DNA from: Auanema rhodensis
Lineage: Eukaryota > Animalia > Nematoda
Assembly: GCA_964057225.1 (NCBI GenBank)
Contig: OZ059895.1
Coordinates: 22,382,001 to 22,446,000, forward strand
Direction: 5' to 3'
DNA: 64,000 bases
Both the position numbers and the translations under genes were made by a program. The notes beneath the pieces were generated by a model, which did no database searches, had not been told where the DNA came from, and saw only the letters and a list, made by a program, of their open reading frames with translations. This document shows positions 28,576-43,500 of the stretch, in pieces; the stretch's first letter is position 1, and every line of letters begins with the position of its first letter.

Positions 28576-31500
28576 ATGCTTATTAAGTGTACACGTGATG
28601 TGCACTTGGTATGTAACTTGCTTCACGTGAAAGATAAAGGGATGCGGTTTTCAAAATTAGATTCCCCATGTCCATATTAGTCTAAAAACAAATTTTTGTT
28701 GATATTGGTGGATGGTAACCATGACTTTGAAATTTAAGTGAACTTTAATTTATGCTAATTAAGTGTACACGTGATGTGCACTCGGTATGTAACTCGCTTC
28801 ACGTGAAATATGAAGAGATGCGGTTTTCAAAATTAGATTCCCCATGTCCATATTAGTCTAAAAACAAATTTTTATTAATATTGGTGCTTGGTAACCATGA
28901 CTTTGAAATTTACGTGAACTTTAATTTATGCTAATTAAGTGAACACATGATGTGCACTTGGTATGTAACTCGCTTCACGTGAAAGATAGAGAGATGCGGT
29001 TTTCAAAATAGATTCCCCATGTCCATATTAGTCTAAAAACGAATTTTTATTGATATTGATTCATGGTAACCATGACTTGGAAATTTACGTGAACTTTAAT
29101 TTATGCTTATTAAGTGTACACGTGATGTGCACTTGGTATGTAACTCGCTTCACGTGAAAGATAAAGGGATGCGGTTTTCAAAATTAGATTCCCCATGTCC
29201 ATATTAGTCTAAAAACAAATTTTTATTAATATTGGTGCATGGTAACCATGACTTTGAAATTTACGTGAACTTTAATTTATGCTAATCAAGTGTACACATG
29301 ATGTGCGCTTGGTATGTAACTCGCTTCACGTCGAAAGATAAAGAGATGCGGTTTTCAAAATTAGATTCCCCATTTCCATATTAGTCTAAAAACAATATTT
29401 TATTGATATTGGTGCATGGCAACCATGACTTTAAAATTTACGTGAACTTTAATTTATGCTAATTAAGTGTACACATGATGTGCACTTGGTATGTAACTCG
29501 CTTCACGTCAAAGATAAAGAGATGCGGTTTTCAAAATTAGATTCCCCATTTCCATATTAGTCTAAAAACAATATTTTATTGATATTGGTGCATGGTAACC
29601 ATGACTTTGAAATTTACGTGAACTTTAATTTATGCTAATTAAGTGTACACATGATGTGCGCTTGGTATGTAACTCGCTTCACGTCGAAAGATAAAGAGAT
29701 GCGGTTTTCAAAATTAGATTCCCCATTTCCATATTAGTCTAAAAACAATATTTTATTGATATTGGTGCATGGCAACCATGACTTTGAAATTTACGTGAAC
29801 TTTAATTTATGCTAATTAAGTGTACACATGATGTGCGCTTGGTATGTAACTCGCTTCACGTCGAAAGATAAAGAGATGCGGTTTTCAAAATTAGATTCCC
29901 CATTTCCATATTAGTCTAAAAACAATATTTTATTGATATTGGTGCATGGTAACCATGACTTTGAAATTTACGTGAACTTTAATTTATGCTAATTAAGTGT
30001 ACACATGATGTGCGCTTGGTATGTAACTCGCTTCACGTCGAAAGATAAAGAGATGCGGTTTTCAAAATTAGATTCCCCATTTCCATATTAGTCTAAAAAC
30101 AATATTTTATTGATATTGGTGCATGGCAACCATGACTTTAAAATTTACGTGAACTTTAATTTATGCTAATTAAGTGTACACATGATGTGCGCTTGGTATG
30201 TAACTCGCTTCACGTGAAAGATAAAGAGATGCGGTTTTCAAAATTAGATTCCTCATGTCCATACTAGTCTAAAAACGAATTTTTATTGATATTGATGCAT
30301 GGTAACCATGACTTTGAAATTTACGTGAACTTTAATTTATGCTTATTAAGTGTACACGTGATGTGCACTTGGTATGTAACTCGCTTCACGTGAAAGATAA
30401 AGGGATGCGGTTTTCAAAATTAGATTCCCCATGTCCATATTAGTCTAAAAACAAATTTTTATTAATATTGGTGCATGGTAACCATGACTTTGAAATTTAC
30501 GTGAACTTTAATTTATGCTAATTAAGTGTACACATGATGTGCGCTTGGTATGTAACTCGCTTCACGTGAAAGATAAAGAGATGCGGTTTTCAAAATTAGA
30601 TTCCCCATTTCCATATTAGTCTAAAAACAATATTTTATTGATATTGGTGCATGGTAACCATGACTTTGAAATTTACGTGAACTTTAATTTATGCTAATTA
30701 AGTGTACACATGATGTGCGCTTGGTATGTAACTCGCTTCACGTGAAAGATAAAGAGATGCGGTTTTCAAAATTAGATTCCTCATGTCCATACTAGTCTAA
30801 AAACGAATTTTTATTGATATTGATGCATGGTAACCATGACTTTGAAATTTACGTGAACTTTAATTTATGCTTATTAAGTGTACACGTGATGTGCACTTGG
30901 TATGTAACTTGCTTCACGTGAAAGATAAAGGGATGCGGTTTTCAAAATTAGATTCCCCATGTCCATATTAGTCTAAAAACAAATTTTTGTTGATATTGGT
31001 GGATGGTAACCATGACTTTGTAATTTACGTGAACTTTAATTTATGCTAATTAAGTGTACACGTGATGTGCACTTGGTATGTAACTCGCTTCACGTGAAAG
31101 ATAAAGAGATGCGGTTTTCAAAATTAGATTCCTCATGTCCATATTAGTCTAAAAACAAATTTTCATTGATATTGATGCATGGTAACCATGACTTTGAAAT
31201 TTACGTGAACTTTAATTTATGCTTATTAAGTGTACACATGATGTGCGCTTGGTATGTAACTCGCTTCACGTGAAAGATAAAGAGATGCGGTTTTCAAAAC
31301 TAGATTCCTCATGTCCATATTAGTCTAAAAACGAATTTTTATTGATATTGATGCATGGTAACCATGACTTTGAAATTTACGTGAACTTTAATTTATGCTT
31401 ATTAAGTGTACACGTGATGTGCACTTGGTATGTAACTTGCTTCACGTGAAAGATAAAGGGATGCGGTTTTCAAAATTAGATTCCCCATGTCCATATTAGT

Positions 31501-34500
31501 CTAAAAACAAATTTTTGTTGATATTGGTGGATGGTAACCATGACTTTGAAATTTACGTGAACTTTAATTTATGCTAATTAAGTGTACACGTGATGTGCAC
31601 TCGGTATGTAACTCGCTTCACGTGAAATATGAAGAGATGCGGTTTTCAAAATTAGATTCCCCATGTCCATATTAGTCTAAAAACAAATTTTTTTTAATAT
31701 TGGTGCTTGGTAACCATGACTTTGAAATTTACGTGAACTTTAATTTATGCTAATTAAGTGAACACATGATGTGCACTTGGTATGTAACTCGCTTCACGTG
31801 AAAGATAGAGAGATGCGGTTTTCAAAATAGATTCCCCATGTCCATATTAGTCTAAAAACGAATTTTTATTGATATTGATTCATGGTAACCATGACTTTGA
31901 AAATTACGTGAACTTTAATTTATGCTAATTAAGTGAACACATGATGTGCACTTGGTATGTAACTCGCTTCACGTGAAAGATAAAGAGATGTGGTTTTCAA
32001 AATAGATTCCCCATGTCCATATTAGTCTAAAAACGAATTTTTATTGATATTGATTCATGGTAACCATGACTTTGAAAATTACGTGAACTTTAATTTATGC
32101 TTATTAAGTGTGCACGTGATGTGCACTTGGTATGTAACTCGCTTCACGTGAAAGATAAAGGGATGCGGTTTTCAAAATTAGATTCCCCATGTCCATATTA
32201 GTCTAAAAACAAATTTTTATTAATATTGGTGCATGGTAACCATGACTTTGAAATTTACGTGAACTTTAATTTATGCTAATTAAGTGTACACATGATGTGC
32301 GCTTGGTATGTAACTCGCTTCACGTGAAAGATAAAGAGATGTGGTTTTCAAAATAGATTCCCCATGTCCATATTAGTCTAAAAACGAATTTTTATTGATA
32401 TTGATTCATGGTAACCATGACTTTGAAAATTACGTGAACTTTAATTTATGCTTATTAAGTGTACACGTGATGTGCACTTGGTGTGTAACTCGCTTCACGT
32501 GAAAGATAAAGGGATGCGGTTTTCAAAATTAGATTCCCCATGTCCATATTAGTCTAAAAACAAATTTTTATTAATATTGGTGCATGGTAACCATGACTTT
32601 GAAATTTACGTGAACTTTAATTTATGCTAATTAAGTGTACACATGATGTGCGCTTGGTATGTAACTCGCTTCACGTGAAAGATAAAGAGATGCGGTTTTC
32701 AAAATTAGATTTCGCATGTCCATATTAGTCTAAAAACAATTTTTTATTGATATTGGTGCATGGTAACCATGACTTTAAAATTTACGTGAACTTTAATTTA
32801 TGCTAATTAAGTGTACACATGATGTGCGCTTGGTGTGTAACTCGCTTCACGTGAAAGATAAAGAGATGCGGTTTTCAAAATTAGATTCCTCATGTCCATA
32901 TTAGTCTAAAAACGAATTTTTATTGATATTGATGCATGGTAACTATGACTTTGAAATTTACGTGAACTTTAATTTATGCTAATTAAGTGTACACATGATG
33001 TGCACTTGGTATGTAACTCGCTTCACGTCAACGATAAAGAGATGCGGTTTTCAAAATTAGATTCCCCATGTCCATATTAGTCTAAAAACAAATTTTTATT
33101 AATATTGGTGCATGGTAACCATGACTTTGAAATTTACGTGAACTTTAATTTATGCTAATTAAGTGTACACATGATGTGCACTTGGTATGTAAAACGCTTC
33201 ACGTCAAAGATAAAGAGATGCGGTTTTCCAAATTAGATTCCCCATGTCCATATCAGTTCAAAAACAAATTTTTGTTGATATTGGTGGATGGTAACCATGA
33301 CTTTGAAATTTACGTGAACTTTAATTTATGCTAATTAAGTGTACACATGATGTGCGCTTGGTATGTAACTCGCTTCACGTGAAAGATAAAGGGATGCGGT
33401 TTTCAAAATTAGATTCCCCATGTCCATATTAGTCTAAAAACAAATTTTTATTAATATTGGTGCATGGTAACCATGACTTTGAAATTTACGTGAACTTTAA
33501 TTTATGCTTATTAAGTGTACACGTGATGTGCACTTGGTATGTAACTTGCTTCACGTGAAAGATAAAGGGATGCGGTTTTCAAAATTAGATTCCCCATGTC
33601 CATATTAGTCTAAAAACAAATTTTTATTAATATTGGTGCATGGTAACCATGACTTTGAAATTTACGTGAACTTTAATTTATGCTAATTAAGTGTACACAT
33701 GATGTGCGCTTGGTATGTAACTCGCTTCACGTGAAAGATAAAGGGATGCGGTTTTCAAAATTAGATTCCCCATGTCCATATTAGTCTAAAAACAAATTTT
33801 TATTAATATTGGTGCATGGTAACCATGACTTTGAAATTTACGTGAACTTTAATTTATGCTAATTAAGTGTACACATGATGTGCGCTTGGTATGTAACTCG
33901 CTTCACGTGAAAGATAAAGGGATGCGGTTTTCAAAATTAGATTCCCCATGTCCATATTAGTCTAAAAACAAATTTTTATTAATATTGGTGCATGGTAACC
34001 ATGACTTTGAAATTTACGTGAACTTTAATTTATGCTTATTAAGTGTACACGTGATGTGCACTTGGTATGTAACTTGCTTCACGTGAAAGATAAAGGGATG
34101 CGGTTTTCAAAATTAGATTCCCCATGTCCATATTAGTCTAAAAACGAATTTTTGTTGATATTGATGCATGGTAACTATGACTTTGAAATTTACGTGAACT
34201 TTAATTTATGCTAATTAAGTGTACACATGATGTGCACTTGGTATGTAACTCGCTTCACGTCAACGATAAAGAGATGCGGTTTTCAAAATTAGATTCCCCA
34301 TGTCCATATTAGTCTAAAAACAAATTTTTATTAATATTGGTGCATGGTAACCATGACTTTGAAATTTACGTGAACTTTAATTTATGCTAATTAAGTGTAC
34401 ACATGATGTGCACTTGGTATGTAAAACGCTTCACGTCAAAGATAAAGAGATGCGGTTTTCCAAATTAGTTTCCCCATGTCCATATCAGTTCAAAAACAAA

Positions 34501-37500
34501 TTTTTGTTGATATTGGTGGATGGTAACCATGACTTTGAAATTTACGTGAACTTTAATTTATGCTAATTAAGTGTACACATGATGTGCGCTTGGTATGTAA
34601 CTCGCTTCACGTGAAAGATAAAGGGATGCGGTTTTCAAAATTAGATTCCCCATGTCCATATTAGTCTAAAAACAAATTTTTATTAATATTGGTGCATGGT
34701 AACCATGACTTTGAAATTTACGTGAACTTTAATTTATGCTTATTAAGTGTACACGTGATGTGCACTTGGTATGTAACTTGCTTCACGTGAAAGATAAAGG
34801 GATGCGGTTTTCAAAATTAGATTCCCCATGTCCATATTAGTCTAAAAACAAATTTTTATTAATATTGGTGCATGGTAACCATGACTTTGAAATTTACGTG
34901 AACTTTAATTTATGCTAATTAAGTGTACACATGATGTGCGCTTGGTATGTAACTCGCTTCACGTGAAAGATAAAGGGATGCGGTTTTCAAAATTAGATTC
35001 CCCATGTCCATATTAGTCTAAAAACAAATTTTTATTAATATTGGTGCATGGTAACCATGACTTTGAAATTTACGTGAACTTTAATTTATGCTAATTAAGT
35101 GTACACATGATGTGCGCTTGGTATGTAACTCGCTTCACGTGAAAGATAAAGGGATGCGGTTTTCAAAATTAGATTCCCCATGTCCATATTAGTCTAAAAA
35201 CAAATTTTTATTAATATTGGTGCATGGTAACCATGACTTTGAAATTTACGTGAACTTTAATTTATGCTTATTAAGTGTACACGTGATGTGCACTTGGTAT
35301 GTAACTTGCTTCACGTGAAAGATAAAGGGATGCGGTTTTCAAAATTAGATTCCCCATGTCCATATTAGTCTAAAAACAAATTTTTATTAATATTGGTGCA
35401 TGGTAACCATGACTTTGAAATTTACGTGAACTTTAATTTATGCTAATTAAGTGTACACATGATGTGCGCTTGGTATGTAACTCGCTTCACGTGAAAGATA
35501 AAGGGATGCGGTTTTCAAAATTAGATTCCCCATGTCCATATTAGTCTAAAAACAAATTTTTATTAATATTGGTGCATGGTAACCATGACTTTGAAATTTA
35601 CGTGAACTTTAATTTATGCTAATTAAGTGTACACATGATGTGCGCTTGGTATGTAACTCGCTTCACGTGAAAGATAAAGGGATGCGGTTTTCAAAATTAG
35701 ATTCCCCATTTCCATATTAGTCTAAAAACAAATTTTTATTAATATTGGTGCATGGTAACCATGACTTTGAAATTTACGTGAACTTTAATTTATGCTAATT
35801 AAGTGTACACATGATGTGCGCTTGGTATGTAACTCGCTTCACGTGAAAGATAAAGAGATGCGGTTTTCAAAATTAGATTTCGCATGTCCATATTAGTCTA
35901 AAAACAAATTTTTATTGATATTGGTGCATGGTAACCATGACTTTGAAATTTACGTGAACTTTAATTTATGCTAATTAAGTGTACACATGATGTGCGCTTG
36001 GTATGTAACTCGCTTCACGTGAAAGATAAAGAGATATGGTTTTCAAAATAGATTCCCCATGTCCATATTAGTCTAAAAACGAATTTTTATTGATATTGAT
36101 TCATGGTAACCATGACTTTGAAAATTACGTGAACTTTAATTTATGCTTATTAAGTGTACACGTGATGTGCACTTGGTATGTAACTCGCTTCACGTGAAAG
36201 ATAAAGGGATGCGGTTTTCAAAATTAGATTCCCCATGTCCATATTAGTCTGAAAACAAATTTTTATTAATATTGGTGCATGGTAACCATGACTTTGAAAT
36301 TTACGTGAACTTTAATTTATGCTAATTAAGTGTACACATGATGTGCGCTTGGTATGTAACTCGCTTCACGTGAAAGATAAAGAGATGCGGTTTTCAAAAT
36401 TAGATTTCGCATGTCCATATTAGTCTAAAAACAATTTTTTATTGATATTGGTGCATGGTAACCATGACTTTAAAATTTACGTGAACTTTAATTTATGCTA
36501 ATTAAGTGTACACATGATGTGCGCTTGGTATGTAACTCGCTTCACGTGAAAGATAAAGTGATGCGGTTTTCAAAATTAGATTCCTCATGTCCATATTAGT
36601 CTAAAAACGAATTTTTATTGATATTGATGCATGGTAACCATGACTTTGAAATTTACGTGAACTTTAATTTATGCTTATTAAGTGTACACGTGATGTGCAC
36701 TTGGTATGTAACTTGCTTCACGTGAAAGATAAAGGGATGCGGTTTTCAAAATTAGATTCCCCATGTCCATATTAGTCTAAAAACGAATTTTTATTGATAT
36801 TGATGCATGGTAACTATGACTTTGAAATTTACGTGAACTTTAATTTATGCTAATTAAGTGTACACATGATGTGCACTTGGTATGTAACTCGCTTCACGTC
36901 AACGATAAAGAGATGCGGTTTTCAAAATTAGATTCCCCATGTCCATATTAGTCTAAAAACAAATTTTTATTAATATTGGTGCATGGTAACCATGACTTTG
37001 AAATTTACGTGAACTTTAATTTATGCTAATTAAGTGTACACATGATGTGCACTTGGTATGTAAAACGCTTCACGTGAAAGATAAAGGGATGCGGTTTTCA
37101 AAATTAGATTCCCCATGTCCATATTAGTCTAAAAACAAATTTTTATTAATATTGGTGCATGGTAACCATGACTTTGAAATTTACGTGAACTTTAATTTAT
37201 GCTAATTAAGTGTACACATGATGTGCGCTTGGTATGTAACTCGCTTCACGTGAAAGATAAAGGGATGCGGTTTTCAAAATTAGATTCCCCATGTCCATAT
37301 TAGTCTAAAAACAAATTTTTATTAATATTGGTGCATGGTAACCATGACTTTGAAATTTACGTGAACTTTAATTTATGCTTATTAAGTGTACACGTGATGT
37401 GCACTTGGTATGTAACTTGCTTCACGTGAAAGATAAAGGGATGCGGTTTTCAAAATTAGATTCCCCATGTCCATATTAGTCTAAAAACGAATTTTTATTG

Positions 37501-40500
37501 ATATTGATGCATGGTAACTATGACTTTGAAATTTACGTGAACTTTAATTTATGCTAATTAAGTGTACACATGATGTGCACTTGGTATGTAACTCGCTTCA
37601 CGTCAACGATAAAGAGATGCGGTTTTCAAAATTAGATTCCCCATGTCCATATTAGTCTAAAAACAAATTTTTATTAATATTGGTGCATGGTAACCATGAC
37701 TTTGAAATTTACGTGAACTTTAATTTATGCTAATTAAGTGTACACATGATTTGCACTTGGTATGTAAAACGCTTCACGTCAAAGATAAAGAGATGCGGTT
37801 TTCCAAATTAGATTCCCCATGTCCATATCAGTTCAAAAACAAATTTTTGTTGATATTGGTGGATGGTAACCATGACTTTGAAATTTACGTGAACTTTAAT
37901 TTATGCTAATTAAGTGTACACATGATGTGCGCTTGGTATGTAACTCGCTTCACGTGAAAGATAAAGGGATGCGGTTTTCAAAATTAGATTCCCCATGTCC
38001 ATATTAGTCTAAAAACAAATTTTTATTAATATTGGTGCATGGTAACCATGACTTTGAAATTTACGTGAACTTTAATTTATGCTTATTAAGTGTACACGTG
38101 ATGTGCACTTGGTATGTAACTCGCTTCACGTGAAAGATAAAGGGATGCGGTTTTCAAAATTAGATTCCCCATGTCCATATTAGTCTAAAAACAATATTTT
38201 ATTGATATTGGTGCATGGTAACCATGACTTTGAAATTTACGTGAACTTTAATTTATGCTAATTAAGTGTACACATGATTTGCACTTGGTATGTAAAACGC
38301 TTCACGTCAAAGATAAAGAGATGCGGTTTTCCAAATTAGATTCCCCATGTCCATATCAGTTCAAAAACAAATTTTTGTTGATATTGGTGGATGGTAACCA
38401 TGACTTTGAAATTTACGTGAACTTTAATTTATGCTAATTAAGTGTACACATGATGTGCGCTTGGTATGTAACTCGCTTCACGTGAAAGATAAAGGGATGC
38501 GGTTTTCAAAATTAGATTCCCCATGTCCATATTAGTCTAAAAACAAATTTTTATTAATATTGGTGCATGGTAACCATGACTTTGAAATTTACGTGAACTT
38601 TAATTTATGCTTATTAAGTGTACACGTGATGTGCACTTGGTATGTAACTTGCTTCACGTGAAAGATAAAGGGATGCGGTTTTCAAAATTAGATTCCCCAT
38701 GTCCATATTAGTCTAAAAACAAATTTTTATTAATATTGGTGCATGGTAACCATGACTTTGAAATTTACGTGAACTTTAATTTATGCTAATTAAGTGTACA
38801 CATGATGTGCGCTTGGTATGTAACTCGCTTCACGTGAAAGATAAAGAGATATGGTTTTCAAAATAGATTCCCCATGTCCATATTAGTCTAAAAACGAATT
38901 TTTATTGATATTGATTCATGGTAACCATGACTTTGAAATTTACGTGAACTTTAATTTATGCTAATTAAGTGTACACATGATGTGCGCTTGGTATGTAACT
39001 CGCTTCACGTGAAAGATAAAGAGATGCGGTTTTCAAAATTAGATTTCGCATGTCCATATTAGTCTAAAAACAATTTTTTATTGATATTGGTGCATGGTAA
39101 CCATGACTTTAAAATTTACGTGAACTTTAATTTATGCTAATTAAGTGTACACATGATGTGCGCTTGGTATGTAACTCGCTTCACGTGAAAGATAAAGTGA
39201 TGCGGTTTTCAAAATTAGATTCCTCATGTCCATATTAGTCTAAAAACGAATTTTTATTGATATTGATGCATGGTAACCATGACTTTGAAATTTACGTGAA
39301 CTTTAATTTATGCTAATTAAGTGTACACATGATGTGCACTTGGTATGTAACTCGCTTCACGTCAACGATAAAGAGATGCGGTTTTCAAAATTAGATTCCC
39401 CATGTCCATACTAGTCTAAAAACGAATTTTTATTGATATTGATGCATGGTAACCATGACTTTGAAATTTACGTGAACTTTAATTTATGCTAATTAAGTGT
39501 ACATATGATGTGCGCTTGGTATGTAACTCGCTTCACGTGAAAGATAAAGGGATGCGGTTTTCAAAATTAGATTCCCCATGTCCATATTAGTCTAAAAACA
39601 AATTTTTATTAATATTGGTGCATGGTAACCATGACTTTGAAATTTACGTGAACTTTAATTTATGCTTATTAAGTGTACACGTGATGTGCACTTGGTATGT
39701 AACTTGCTTCACGTGAAAGATAAAGGGATGCGGTTTTCAAAATTAGATTCCCCATGTCCATATTAGTCTAAAAACAAATTTTTATTAATATTGGTGCATG
39801 GTAACCATGACTTTGAAATTTACGTGAACTTTAATTTATGCTAATTAAGTGTACACATGATGTGCGCTTGGTATGTAACTCGCTTCACGTGAAAGATAAA
39901 GAGATGCGGTTTTCAAAATTAGATTCCCCATTTCCATGTTAATCTAAAAACAAGTTTTTATTAATATTGGTGCATGGTAACCATGACTTTGAAATTTACG
40001 TGAACTTTAATTTATGCTAATTAAGTGTACACATGATGTGCGCTTGGTATGTAACTCGCTTCACGTGAAAGATAAAGAGATGCGGTTTTCAAAATTAGAT
40101 TCCTCATGTCCATACTAGTCTAAAAACGAATTTTTATTGATATTGATGCATGGTAACCATGACTTTGAAATTTACGTGAACTTTAATTTATGCTTATTAA
40201 GTGTACACGTGATGTGCACTTGGTATGTAACTTGCTTCACGTGAAAGATAAAGGGATGCGGTTTTCAAAATTAGATTCCCCATGTCCATACTAGTCTAAA
40301 AACGAATTTTTATTGATATTGATGCATGGTAACCATGACTTTGAAATTTACGTGAACTTTAATTTATGCTTATTAAGTGTACACGTGATGTGCACTTGGT
40401 ATGTAACTTGCTTCACGTGAAAGATAAAGGGATGCGGTTTTCAAAATTAGATTCCCCATGTCCATATTAGTCTAAAAACAAATTTTTGTTGATATTGGTG

Positions 40501-43500
40501 GATGGTAACCATGACTTTGAAATTTAAGTGAACTTTAATTTATGCTAATTAAGTGTACACGTGATGTGCACTCGGTATGTAACTCGCTTCACGTGAAATA
40601 TGAAGAGATGCGGTTTTCAAAATTAGATTCCCCATGTCCATATTAGTCTAAAAACAAATTTTTATTAATATTGGTGCTTGGTAACCATGACTTTGAAATT
40701 TACGTGAACTTTAATTTATGCTAATTAAGTGAACACATGATGTGCACTTGGTATGTAACTCGCTTCACGTGAAAGATAGAGAGATGCGGTTTTCAAAATA
40801 GATTCCCCATGTCCATATTAGTCTAAAAACGAATTTTTATTGATATTGATTCATGGTAACCATGACTTGGAAATTTACGTGAACTTTAATTTATGCTTAT
40901 TAAGTGTACACGTGATGTGCACTTGGTATGTAACTCGCTTCACGTGAAAGATAAAGGGATGCGGTTTTCAAAATTAGATTCCCCATGTCCATATTAGTCT
41001 AAAAACAAATTTTTATTAATATTGGTGCATGGTAACCATGACTTTGAAATTTACGTGAACTTTAATTTATGCTAATTAAGTGTACACATGATGTGCGCTT
41101 GGTATGTAACTCGCTTCACGTCGAAAGATAAAGAGATGCGGTTTTCAAAATTAGATTCCCCATTTCCATATTAGTCTAAAAACAATATTTTATTGATATT
41201 GGTGCATGGCAACCATGACTTTAAAATTTACGTGAACTTTAATTTATGCTAATTAAGTGTACACATGATGTGCACTTGGTATGTAACTCGCTTCACGTCA
41301 AAGATAAAGAGATGCGGTTTTCAAAATTAGATTCCCCATTTCCATATTAGTCTAAAAACAATATTTTATTGATATTGGTGCATGGTAACCATGACTTTGA
41401 AATTTACGTGAACTTTAATTTATGCTAATTAAGTGTACACATGATGTGCGCTTGGTATGTAACTCGCTTCACGTCGAAAGATAAAGAGATGCGGTTTTCA
41501 AAATTAGATTCCCCATTTCCATATTAGTCTAAAAACAATATTTTATTGATATTGGTGCATGGCAACCATGACTTTGAAATTTACGTGAACTTTAATTTAT
41601 GCTAATTAAGTGTACACATGATGTGCGCTTGGTATGTAACTCGCTTCACGTCGAAAGATAAAGAGATGCGGTTTTCAAAATTAGATTCCCCATTTCCATA
41701 TTAGTCTAAAAACAATATTTTATTGATATTGGTGCATGGTAACCATGACTTTGAAATTTACGTGAACTTTAATTTATGCTAATTAAGTGTACACATGATG
41801 TGCGCTTGGTATGTAACTCGCTTCACGTCGAAAGATAAAGAGATGCGGTTTTCAAAATTAGATTCCCCATTTCCATATTAGTCTAAAAACAATATTTTAT
41901 TGATATTGGTGCATGGCAACCATGACTTTAAAATTTACGTGAACTTTAATTTATGCTAATTAAGTGTACACATGATGTGCGCTTGGTATGTAACTCGCTT
42001 CACGTGAAAGATAAAGAGATGCGGTTTTCAAAATTAGATTCCTCATGTCCATACTAGTCTAAAAACGAATTTTTATTGATATTGATGCATGGTAACCATG
42101 ACTTTGAAATTTACGTGAACTTTAATTTATGCTTATTAAGTGTACACGTGATGTGCACTTGGTATGTAACTCGCTTCACGTGAAAGATAAAGGGATGCGG
42201 TTTTCAAAATTAGATTCCCCATGTCCATATTAGTCTAAAAACAAATTTTTATTAATATTGGTGCATGGTAACCATGACTTTGAAATTTACGTGAACTTTA
42301 ATTTATGCTAATTAAGTGTACACATGATGTGCGCTTGGTATGTAACTCGCTTCACGTGAAAGATAAAGAGATGCGGTTTTCAAAATTAGATTCCCCATTT
42401 CCATATTAGTCTAAAAACAATATTTTATTGATATTGGTGCATGGCAACCATGACTTTAAAATTTACGTGAACTTTAATTTATGCTAATTAAGTGTACACA
42501 TGATGTGCACTTGGTATGTAACTCGCTTCACGTCAAAGATAAAGAGATGCGGTTTTCAAAATTAGATTCCCCATGTCCATATTAGTCTAAAAACAAATTT
42601 TCATTAATATTGGTGCATGGTAACCATGACTTTGAAATTTACGTGAACTTTAATTTATGCTAATTAAGTGTACACATGATGTGCGCTTGGTATGTAACTC
42701 GCTTCACGTGAAAGATAAAGAGATGCGGTTTTCAAAATTAGATTCCTCATGTCCATACTAGTCTAAAAACGAATTTTTATTGATATTGATGCATGGTAAC
42801 CATGACTTTGAAATTTACGTGAACTTTAATTTATGCTTATTAAGTGTACACGTGATGTGCACTTGGTATGTAACTTGCTTCACGTGAAAGATAAAGGGAT
42901 GCGGTTTTCAAAATTAGATTCCCCATGTCCATATTAGTCTAAAAACAAATTTTTGTTGATATTGGTGGATGGTAACCATGACTTTGTAATTTACGTGAAC
43001 TTTAATTTATGCTAATTAAGTGTACACGTGATGTGCACTTGGTATGTAACTCGCTTCACGTGAAAGATAAAGAGATGCGGTTTTCAAAATTAGATTCCTC
43101 ATGTCCATATTAGTCTAAAAACAAATTTTCATTGATATTGATGCATGGTAACCATGACTTTGAAATTTACGTGAACTTTAATTTATGCTTATTAAGTGTA
43201 CACATGATGTGCGCTTGGTATGTAACTCGCTTCACGTGAAAGATAAAGAGATGCGGTTTTCAAAATTAGATTCCTCATGTCCATATTAGTCTAAAAACGA
43301 ATTTTTATTGATATTGATGCATGGTAACCATGACTTTGAAATTTACGTGAACTTTAATTTATGCTTATTAAGTGTACACGTGATGTGCACTTGGTATGTA
43401 ACTTGCTTCACGTGAAAGATAAAGGGATGCGGTTTTCAAAATTAGATTCCCCATGTCCATATTAGTCTAAAAACAAATTTTTGTTGATATTGGTGGATGG

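Larger units (their letters stand above)
19777..32623. repeat. Large tandem duplication, offset 7920 bp (45 monomers); second copy shorter
   Basis: Private variants shared: GCTAATCAAG at 21361/29281, AAACACATTT near 20415/28335, GTGTGCACG near 27181/32108 and TTGGTGTGT near 27551/32478. Confidence 0.8.
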
